From positions 1-24,000 of the forward strand of contig JAEUQK010000021.1 of the NCBI GenBank assembly GCA_016789265.1: a stretch of DNA of 24,000 nucleotides. The letters are read 5' to 3'. Source of the DNA: Blastocatellia bacterium (lineage in GTDB: Bacteria > Acidobacteriota > Blastocatellia > Pyrinomonadales > Pyrinomonadaceae). Position numbers and translations under genes: made by a program. A model generated the notes under the pieces. The model saw only the letters and a list, made by a program, of their open reading frames with translations. It made no database searches and was not told the DNA's origin. Below, piece by piece: positions 8,006 through 14,951 of this stretch (position 1 is its first letter; every line of letters begins with the position of its first letter).

Positions 8006-8650
8006 TTATGCGTGGTCATTTACCCGGCTTTTCGTTGTACGGCACACAGGGACCTCTTGGGCATTCTTTAGTATTACAAAATACGGTTCAATCAGTTCGG
8101 CAAGGATGGCTACATCGTACACTGACTCACTTTCCATCTCGATGTCTCTTCGCTCAACTATTGCCGTTACTTGAGATGCCGCAACCGGTCGTCCGGTTCT
8201 CAGGTTACTAAGCTGCTGAAAACCAATCGTGAATTTGCGTTGTAATGGAACTATTGGGGTTGCGCTGTAGCAAACGAGAGCGAAATGATGACGCTTCGGG
8301 GTTTCCGGGTCGAACCTGCTCGTTACAAGAGAGTGTCGGGGAATTGCAAACCTCCTTCCATCTATGGCTTCAGCCTCAGTCCACATGACAACAGCGGGAG
8401 GACTTACGTCCTTTTGTTTTGGCTCCGTCTTAATCGGGCTGAAGATCACTTGCGGGCGAGCAGTATGCTGCATTAGTTCAAGGATCGAAGGACCGATTGC
8501 GTTCCCGATTCCCCACATGAATATACCGCCGTTTGCCAACCTTTCTTTTTCTTTTCTATTGAGAATGTGTTCGACCGGCTCGGCAGCCTCTCCACCGAAT
8601 CTCGTCCAACAGAACAGGCGGGGCAGGCTTTCGACTGTTTGATTTTCCAT
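8006..8650 (-). CDS. Hypothetical protein, unrecognised family (paralogue 1 of 2 in this window)
   Basis: The 214-aa ORF has no recognisable motif. It aligns by eye with the 205-aa product of 10629-11246: HILNRKEKERLANGGIFMWGIGNAIGP vs DIIKRKTQEIEQTGYGLWGYGGSTCHP; IDGRRFAIP vs IDGLHWVAIP; HFALV vs RYALV; LAELIEPYFVILKN vs IAEIVEPYAVFVRN. Confidence 0.6.
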   Translation of the reverse strand: MENQTVESLPRLFCWTRFGGEAAEPVEHILNRKEKERLANGGIFMWGIGNAIGPSILELMQHTARPQVIFSPIKTEPKQKDVSPPAVVMWTEAEAIDGRRFAIPRHSLVTSRFDPETPKRHHFALVCYSATPIVPLQRKFTIGFQQLSNLRTGRPVAASQVTAIVERRDIEMESESVYDVAILAELIEPYFVILKNAQEVPVCRTTKSRVNDHA

Positions 8651-8686
8651 TTTTCTCAGTATGCATTAATATGCACTAGTATGCAA
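8644..8686. promoter_or_regulatory. Candidate back-to-back divergent promoters with a triple ATGCA repeat (candidate operator)
   Basis: Only 30 bp separate ATG 8650 (-) from ATG 8681 (+). On the plus strand, TTTCCA (8644-8649), a 17-bp spacer and TAATAT (8667-8672) end 8 nt before the ATG, implying a leaderless or near-leaderless XRE mRNA. On the minus strand, TTGCAT (8686-8681), 17 bp and CATACT end 7 nt before ATG 8650. The motif TATGCA occurs three times (8660-8665, 8670-8675, 8680-8685). Confidence 0.35.
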
Positions 8687-9016
8687 GAAGGCTCGTTTGC
8701 AGACCGACTTAAGGAGTTCATGGAGGCTAACCGCCTAACCCAGGAGGCCATTGCAAATGTAGCAAAGGTTAGCCAGTCATCTGTGTCGAGGGCTTTAAGG
8801 CGAAATTCAGTGCGGCATGGCAAGGCGGGCGCCAAACTATTCATTTATATGCAACAACACTTAAGCGCAGGCTTTGTAAGTCAGGGTAAAGGTAAGGTTG
8901 TTGAGGCCTTCGAGTCGATTTGGGATGGCTCGGAGGAACATGCGACGGCCATTGCTAGGATAATCAAGGCTTCTGATGGTTTACGGCCAGCCGAACATTC
9001 GAAGGAGGGCGACTAA
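8681..9016 (+). CDS. XRE-family helix-turn-helix transcriptional regulator
   Basis: From ATG 8681: MQEGSFADRLKEFMEANRLTQEAIANVAKVSQSSVSRALRR, a classic XRE/cI-type HTH. The track's earlier start at 8567 would overlap the divergent gene. Its stop overlaps the next start (TAATG at 9014-9018). Confidence 0.7.
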   Translation: MQEGSFADRLKEFMEANRLTQEAIANVAKVSQSSVSRALRRNSVRHGKAGAKLFIYMQQHLSAGFVSQGKGKVVEAFESIWDGSEEHATAIARIIKASDGLRPAEHSKEGD

Positions 9017-10026
9017 TGCTTCACGATGACGCCGCGACGTTTCGAAAACGACTAAGCGATCTAGGACTTAGTGACTCGGTTATTGATGCAGCGTGGCCGG
9101 ATTGGTGGAGCGACGACGCAGAGGCATCACCCTCAGCCCGTGCCGAACTGCGCTACTCCCTAGCTAGAAAGCTCGGATTGGAACCTCATTCCCTCCTCGA
9201 AGATAAGGAGATTCCGCGATTTATTTGGAAGGAGCCAGCTCAGTTTAAACATCTGTCCGGAGAAACTGATGGTGAGAAATGGGCACTGACCTCCTTCGGT
9301 ACTGCATTAGGCAAGATACTCCTGCGGGGATCTTCCACGCCGGCATTTCAAGGTACGAGGACTGCATTAGAATTCCGGGCAGCGATTCTGGGAAATCAGA
9401 CATATGTGCGATTCGTTGACCTTCTTTCGCTTTGTTGGTCCATCGGAATACCGACAGTGCATTTGCGAGTTTTTCCTCTTCCGCGGAAGCGGATGGCCGC
9501 GATGAGCGTGAGTGTGGGAACGAGCCATGCGATTTTACTCGGCAAGGACGCGCTCTATCCACCACAGATCGCCTTCTATCTAGCACATGAACTGGCCCAC
9601 ATATCCCTCAATCACTTGAAGGACAACGAAGTTCTGGTAGATCTGGAGCAAGATGTCCCCTCCGACTTACATGAGGAAATGGACTCGGAGGAAAGAGCTG
9701 CCGACGCATTCGCGCTAGAGCTTTTAACAGGAGTCCCGGACCCCGAAGTCGTCCCGATAGGACCGGGCAGTGGATCGCGCAGCCTCGCGAAAGCAGTACT
9801 GGACGCCGCCCCTGATCTTCATATTGAACCTGGCACGTTAGCCTTATGCTACGGCTTTTCCACCGGCGCTTGGGCGACCGCGATGGGTGCTTTGCCCTAT
9901 ATCTACGGAGCACCACGAGAAGTTTGGCGAGAGGTCAACAGTATCGCGCTAGAGCAACTCTCCCTATCTGCTCTTCCACTTGACACGACCCTCTATCTAC
10001 GAAAAGTCCTTGGCGAGGTGGGTTAG
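9016..10026 (+). CDS. ImmA/IrrE-family (COG2856) zinc metallopeptidase
   Basis: HEXXH motif in FYLAHELAHISLNH. The downstream third ligand/helix EERAADAFALELL is typical of ImmA/IrrE. AAGGAGGG lies 7 nt upstream. It is coupled to the XRE gene. Confidence 0.8.
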   Translation: MLHDDAATFRKRLSDLGLSDSVIDAAWPDWWSDDAEASPSARAELRYSLARKLGLEPHSLLEDKEIPRFIWKEPAQFKHLSGETDGEKWALTSFGTALGKILLRGSSTPAFQGTRTALEFRAAILGNQTYVRFVDLLSLCWSIGIPTVHLRVFPLPRKRMAAMSVSVGTSHAILLGKDALYPPQIAFYLAHELAHISLNHLKDNEVLVDLEQDVPSDLHEEMDSEERAADAFALELLTGVPDPEVVPIGPGSGSRSLAKAVLDAAPDLHIEPGTLALCYGFSTGAWATAMGALPYIYGAPREVWREVNSIALEQLSLSALPLDTTLYLRKVLGEVG

Positions 10027-10027
10027 A

Positions 10028-10672
10028 ATGCAAGTGCTCGTAGATAACGACATTTTGGTGAAAGGCGCCTGTTATGGCTTGTTCGAGGAGCTTTTTGGCC
10101 AGTCGTCGCAACACAATGAAGAACTGGGAGTCCTTGGGGCAGCAAAGTTTGTTGTTGCGAAAGCGATTCAGAGTATCCGGCTCCAGGGCGATCCTGAAAG
10201 AGGAATCGAAAGACTTAAGATTTTCCTTGAAAGATGCACCTGCGTGGAACCGACCGACGAGGAACAGAATCTGGCTGCCGAATTTGAGCTTCAGGCACAA
10301 CAAGCAGGTGTTGCACTGGATTCGGGTGAAAGTCAGTTATGTGCGGTGTTAATTGTGCGAGCACTTCCCTTGTTACATACAGGCGATAAACGAGCGATTC
10401 AGGCGTTGGAGGAATTGCTAACGTGCCATCAAAAGTTACAATCACTGTGCGGGAAAGTCCTATGTTTAGAGCAATTGGTCCTAAGCTGCACTTCAAAAGA
10501 AAATCTCAAGTTCATTCGCGCGGCTATCTGCTCAGAGCCCGATGTAGACAAAGCACTTTCTATCTCGTTCAGCTGTAAGAGCAAAGACACAACCTTTGAG
10601 ATAGTGGCGGAGGGGCTAAACAGTTACATCAACTACCTGCGTCAACAGGCTCCGCAGGTCCTTGCGAGCTAG
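10028..10672 (+). CDS. PIN-like domain protein (putative nuclease), third gene of the XRE-ImmA operon
   Basis: Starts at ATG 10028, 1 nt after the ImmA stop, with GAGGTGGG upstream. The N-terminus MQVLVDNDILVKG fits PIN strand 1 with an acidic residue. Later acidic positions also fit PIN topology: EEQNLAAEFE, LDSGESQLCAVLI and LLHTGDKRAIQAL. The assignment is from motif spacing only. Confidence 0.45.
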   Translation: MQVLVDNDILVKGACYGLFEELFGQSSQHNEELGVLGAAKFVVAKAIQSIRLQGDPERGIERLKIFLERCTCVEPTDEEQNLAAEFELQAQQAGVALDSGESQLCAVLIVRALPLLHTGDKRAIQALEELLTCHQKLQSLCGKVLCLEQLVLSCTSKENLKFIRAAICSEPDVDKALSISFSCKSKDTTFEIVAEGLNSYINYLRQQAPQVLAS

Positions 10673-11246
10673 GTATGCGATTACGGACGAATACAGCATA
10701 CGGCTCAACGATCTCGGCAATCAGCCCTATTTGGACGGTTCTCGCAGGGCCACGATGATCGTCATTGTCGGAAATCGTTAGACAGGCCTTGTCTACGCGA
10801 CCGCTGATGTATTTGCCTCCAGGTACCCCTAGACTGTTGCCCAACGCTACTGCTGTTCTATCGAGTGGCAATTTGAATTCTTCCCTGCGGAGGTCTTTGA
10901 TCACAAGAGCATAACGAGAACCACGTACATTGATAACTTTCGGTATGGCTACCCAATGCAAACCGTCGATGGAAAGTTCGTCCGCTCTTATGGGCTCGGC
11001 AAAGTGTTTGGACTCCATAGGCTCCATCGCTAAATATATTCGCCCGCCCTGTCGAGCATAGCCTTTCGCGAAGGGCTGGACCATTGTCTGAGGGTGGCAG
11101 GTACTTCCTCCGTAACCCCACAATCCGTACCCCGTTTGTTCAATCTCCTGTGTCTTACGTTTTATGATGTCCTCTAGGGATTCCTGAGCGTGAGTGCCGA
11201 CCTTCATGTACAGTACGCCTTGGCCAGGTGTAATGATGTTGCCCAT
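10629..11246 (-). CDS. Hypothetical protein, unrecognised family (paralogue 2), adjacent to the DUF43 transferase
   Basis: The 205-aa ORF has its ATG (11246-11244) directly next to the TAA stop of the upstream gene (11249-11247). It is similar to the 8006-8650 product (see that entry). Its 3' end overlaps the convergent PIN-like gene by 44 nt. Confidence 0.6.
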   Translation of the reverse strand: MGNIITPGQGVLYMKVGTHAQESLEDIIKRKTQEIEQTGYGLWGYGGSTCHPQTMVQPFAKGYARQGGRIYLAMEPMESKHFAEPIRADELSIDGLHWVAIPKVINVRGSRYALVIKDLRREEFKLPLDRTAVALGNSLGVPGGKYISGRVDKACLTISDNDDHRGPARTVQIGLIAEIVEPYAVFVRNRIPSSQGPAEPVDAGS

Positions 11247-12077
11247 TTATATAGACTCCAGTAATTCTAATTTGTATTCATCTTCGTGCGCCTTGCCGTA
11301 ATCCAAGCGTTTAATCTCGCGGACGTATCGCACCCGTGGAGGGGTCTCTGCCCCGTAGAAATTCTTCAATCGTTCCGGATCGGTGATTGCTTCGCTCGTC
11401 GACTTCGGCTTTGCGCCAGGTAGCGATTTGAAGAGAAGATTACACGACCGAAGATCAGGTGCGTCGTCCAAATGGTAGGAGTGTAGGCGCGACGCCATCT
11501 TCTGCACGAAAAAACCTCTACAAATCGCAAACTCCTGGACATTAGCGAGAACTTGTTTCGCCCACTCCCGCTCGGGGTCATCGGCAATGACGACCAGCCC
11601 TTCGCCATCATACGATATAGCTTCCATACCACGTTCCATGAAGACCTTGACGCTTTCTCCGGCATTGCTTGCCCCCCATGGCGGGTTAGTGTAAAAGCAG
11701 TCAAAATCGAAGGGTCCGGGAAACGGCTCTAGGCAGTTGTATAGGACCGCACTGAGATTGTCGAGCCGTTCGCTGTCCGCAAAGCGTTCCACCGCCGAGC
11801 AAATCCGCTCGTCGAAATCGAAGAGGGTGATTTGAGATGGCCCACGGTTTACGATCCCACGGGCATACAAGTATGCGACACAAACACTAATCGCGTCGCC
11901 GTCGCCGATAAAGGCGAGGCGATTTCCGTTTGCCCAGCGAGCCACCAGCTCACTCTGAAGAAGCATGTCGCCTGCCTTCATGTAAATCTGGTCGAACTCG
12001 CGCAGAGGCCGGGGCCGATTTTGCACGACATCGGAGATTGCGTTTATTGCTGCTCTAAGATCAATGTCTTCCGGCAT
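11247..12077 (-). CDS. DUF43 / BpsA-family (branched-chain polyamine synthase-like) SAM- or dcSAM-dependent transferase; start uncertain
   Basis: Family blocks: NRLAFIGDGDAISVCVAY (compare GDDDLTS), ITLFDFDERI (compare VxDIDER) and FDCFYTNPPWG (compare TDPPYT; also the N/DPPY/W motif IV of amino-methyltransferases). I give the conservative core from ATG 12077 (MPEDIDLRAAINA...). The ORF stays open to ATG 12125 and TTG 12260. No SD precedes any of these. TATACT (12094-12089) lies 11 nt upstream of ATG 12077. Confidence 0.6.
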   Translation of the reverse strand: MPEDIDLRAAINAISDVVQNRPRPLREFDQIYMKAGDMLLQSELVARWANGNRLAFIGDGDAISVCVAYLYARGIVNRGPSQITLFDFDERICSAVERFADSERLDNLSAVLYNCLEPFPGPFDFDCFYTNPPWGASNAGESVKVFMERGMEAISYDGEGLVVIADDPEREWAKQVLANVQEFAICRGFFVQKMASRLHSYHLDDAPDLRSCNLLFKSLPGAKPKSTSEAITDPERLKNFYGAETPPRVRYVREIKRLDYGKAHEDEYKLELLESI

Positions 12078-12457
12078 TGCGACTGTCGAGTATACAATTA
12101 TTGTCCGCCAACGAAAAATCTCCATCTGCGCGGCCGTAAGAATTGAAAAGCCTCCTGATAGCCCGACAGAGAATGTCCCCGGCCTCAGTCCAGCCTTTTT
12201 CCCGATCGCTCGTAGATCCCTTCTTGGTTTCCCCACAGAGGTTGCGGATGGCGGGGTCAAATGGGCGGCGAAATGGACGCCGGCCAGATAGATGCGGACC
12301 GACGGCGCGAGAGGGCACTCCGGCGTACCTACTATAAAGATCTCTATCGTATTCGACCTGGTATGCTCAGATGATTCTGGAACTGACTTAAGAGTTTGTT
12401 CAGCCTCTAAGGGAACTCACTTGATAGTCATCACGGAAAATAGATCTAACTCCTCTA

Positions 12458-13627
12458 CTAAACATGACCCAAACTCGCGGTTAGGGCAGGCCTTCCCGAA
12501 AAAAAATCGTCAACTCGGGCTGTCAATTCGGACTTTTCCACCTCAGTTGCAAAGCTCGCGGAGATACTTTGGCTTGTAATCCTTCCCATACCTTCGACTG
12601 TGATAATCCCGGACTTAATCAAGTGTAAGAATTCATTGGATAGTGTAGTCGGCCCCAATAACACAGGGTCGTCAGTGTTGATTGTCACGCACAATCCCTT
12701 TTCCAAAAATTCCTTGACCGGATGATCGACGAAGGACCGTGCTACGCTCAGAATGATATTGCTAGTAGGACAGATCTCCATCGGGATCCGCAGTTCAGCA
12801 AGCGTGGCAAGAAGCTCCGGATCGTTGACCGCTCCAATCCCGTGTCCAATTCGGTCGACCTTGAGCTTGTCCAACGCTTCCCAAACTGATTTTGGATTGC
12901 CTGTCTCCCCCGAATGGACCGTTAGCGGGATACCCGCTGACTTTACGATCTCGCAAAAGTCTTGAAATAAATCGTTTGAATACCGATCTTCGTTTCCAGT
13001 GAGGTCAAGGCCCACAACAATATCTCGATTCGTAAGCGTGGACTCCGCAAGCTTCTGAAACCTGCGGCGGCGATCCGCAAGATCTCCCCACCGTTCGATG
13101 ACGCCACTGCGCCCAACACTGAGGATAATCTTGGCAACAGTCTTCGGAAAATCACGCCGGGCCACCTTTACCCCGGTTCTTATTGCATCGATGTATTCTT
13201 CGAGAGAAAGTGGAAGCAACGGGTTAAATTCTCTACTGTTCGGAGCAACACGAAATTCGACATAAATCACACCATCACGAGCCGCATCGGCGATTCCCCA
13301 ATATACGGCGTTATGAATGCCTCTCGGATCAGAAAATATCCCCTTGAAACCTGCCCAAATTCTTTTCCTTAGAAAATGTTCGTACCCATTTGGAACAGGT
13401 TTCGATAAGACGGAAGCTCTAGCTATTCTCTTAGGATCATTACCGAAACCGTTAAGTGTAATATTAAGCCTATTTGCGATATAGACGAGTACTTCTGGAC
13501 GAATTGATCCCACCAAATGCCGATGAAGATCAACTTTGGGTATTTCCGTTAGGGTACTCAGCGAAACACCGTCGAACGGCAATTCATGGGTTCCAATCGA
13601 TGGGTAGAAATCAAGCGGATGTGACAT
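12458..13627 (-). CDS. Adenosine/adenine-nucleotide deaminase (ADA family, PF00962-type)
   Basis: All canonical ADA metal and catalytic motifs are present: VDLHRHLVGS (HxH), LTVHSGE (HxGE), DRIGHG and VTINTDDP. The 389-aa ORF starts 5 nt after the stop of the upstream membrane-protein gene. Confidence 0.85.
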   Translation of the reverse strand: MSHPLDFYPSIGTHELPFDGVSLSTLTEIPKVDLHRHLVGSIRPEVLVYIANRLNITLNGFGNDPKRIARASVLSKPVPNGYEHFLRKRIWAGFKGIFSDPRGIHNAVYWGIADAARDGVIYVEFRVAPNSREFNPLLPLSLEEYIDAIRTGVKVARRDFPKTVAKIILSVGRSGVIERWGDLADRRRRFQKLAESTLTNRDIVVGLDLTGNEDRYSNDLFQDFCEIVKSAGIPLTVHSGETGNPKSVWEALDKLKVDRIGHGIGAVNDPELLATLAELRIPMEICPTSNIILSVARSFVDHPVKEFLEKGLCVTINTDDPVLLGPTTLSNEFLHLIKSGIITVEGMGRITSQSISASFATEVEKSELTARVDDFFSGRPALTASLGHV

Positions 13628-13632
13628 AGGAA

Positions 13633-14682
13633 TTACCGATTCTCTTCTGCCTTAAGGCCCGAAGCAAAGCTGTCACCAATCGCGTCGATCAATTCTGACG
13701 ACTTGCCTGAATATATTAGAGCATCACAGACTGGCTGAAAAATATCAAACCAAAATTGAACTAGGGACTGTTGAAAATATCCTCGACGCTCGGTTGCGTG
13801 AACCGTGAGCACCCCATAGACTTCACTTATTTTTTCTTTTGGAAAGTCGGCCACGGCTGGTACACAAATCATTGAAGCATAGTCTTTCTTTTGCCCGGTT
13901 CTCATCTCCTCGAACTGAAGATCCTCACCACCATTCTCGCAGACTATTGGCTCACGTTTTGCCCAACATTTTCCCGCCGCTCCTTCGTTTAGATCAAATT
14001 TTGGAGTCTTCGGTTCGCCCTCGTTCGGGAATGCTCTATACCTCTTCTCGAGTATGTCAGGTCCATTCTCTTGTGAGGTAACCGCGTAGAAACTTACGCC
14101 CATCTTGTCGTTATTCTCCCCGTCGGCATCCTTTGGTTTCTTGAAGATGTCCTCTTTTAGGATCTGCGAAACGCGACCTAGCGCCTGCTTCACCTTTTCC
14201 CTTCGAATATTGTCCGCCTGATTCAAAGCAGTTCTAATACTGTCGATATTCACATTTTTGCTCTCGATCAAACGTCTTAATTCGACGGTGAGACTATAGT
14301 TAGCCCTGTAACGTTCCCGAATGAAATCCGCCACGACATCGGGCATCGTACGACGCAGATGATTGTATCGATCCTGTTTCTCCAGTTCCGCTTTGAGTTT
14401 ATCGTTCTCGGCCGTCAACTCACCTCTGAGAATGTCCATGGCGCTCTTTGACACTCTATTACTAATCGCACGAAGCAAGGCAACAATGATTATGCTCAGC
14501 AATACTAAAAGCAACACCTGAACCCAGCCGGGTGCGGGCTTTACGGCTTCGTGTCCAAATGCAACAAGTAGTGCAATTAGTAAATGGGATGCCACACTTA
14601 GGAGGTTATCAAGTTTCATACAATTGTCACTCGACTGATTCTTCGAAGCTAAACGAAGCGATGAATCCTTAGCTATTCTCAC
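13633..14682 (-). CDS. Membrane protein: 2 TM helices, coiled coil and a C-terminal GAF-like domain
   Basis: TM segments LLSVASHLLIALLVAFG and WVQVLLLVLLSIIIVALL. Heptad-like RGELTAENDKLKAELEKQDR. The C-terminal ~150 aa fit a GAF pattern: NEGAAGKCWAKREPIVCEN ... YASMICVPAV ... VYGVLTVHATERRGYF. The track start at 14682 is GTG; the alternative ATG at 14619 (MKLDNLL...) is equally possible. Confidence 0.5.
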   Translation of the reverse strand: MRIAKDSSLRLASKNQSSDNCMKLDNLLSVASHLLIALLVAFGHEAVKPAPGWVQVLLLVLLSIIIVALLRAISNRVSKSAMDILRGELTAENDKLKAELEKQDRYNHLRRTMPDVVADFIRERYRANYSLTVELRRLIESKNVNIDSIRTALNQADNIRREKVKQALGRVSQILKEDIFKKPKDADGENNDKMGVSFYAVTSQENGPDILEKRYRAFPNEGEPKTPKFDLNEGAAGKCWAKREPIVCENGGEDLQFEEMRTGQKKDYASMICVPAVADFPKEKISEVYGVLTVHATERRGYFQQSLVQFWFDIFQPVCDALIYSGKSSELIDAIGDSFASGLKAEENR

Positions 14683-14879
14683 GCTAAATATAGATTTGAC
14701 CTGAAGTTACGTCAACCCCTGGTCGTTTCCAACTATTCGATTACGAACCAAAGCTTCAGAGTTACAATCTTCGCGGTAATCCGCAGACCGATAACTGAGA
14801 AATCTTCCGTAAGCTCCCCTTAAGAACATACAGATCAAAAGCAGACGTTTTCTTTCATCATGGAGGATGGAGGAGACGG

Positions 14880-14951
14880 ATGAAAAGGTCGAGATTTAGT
14901 GAGACGCAGGTGGTGGCGATCTTGAAGGAAGCGGAGGCTGGGAAGGCTGTA
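14880..14951 (+). pseudogene. Remnant of an IS3-family transposase orfA (first ~24 codons only)
   Basis: MKRSRFSETQVVAILKEAEAGKAV matches the conserved N-terminus of IS3-family OrfA (MKKSRFTExQIxxILKEAEAG...), with GGAGGA upstream. After codon ~24 the reading frame becomes AT-rich with no resemblance. A possible IS3-type terminal sequence, TGACCTGAAGTTACG, starts at 14697 (low confidence). Confidence 0.5.

Noticed and set aside
9245-10496. Minus-strand ORFs 9245-9586, 9608-9916, 9935-10303 and 10215-10496
   Set aside because: All are antisense to the tightly coupled XRE-ImmA-PIN genes, and their translations are R/S/P-rich with no motifs.
12458-13627. The adenosine deaminase as part of a RADAR system or as a Cad1-type CRISPR ancillary effector
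   Set aside because: RADAR requires a large RdrA ATPase next to a much larger RdrB deaminase, and Cad1 carries an N-terminal CARF domain. There is no such ATPase, CARF domain, cas gene or CRISPR array anywhere in the window. The 389-aa protein is essentially a bare ADA domain.
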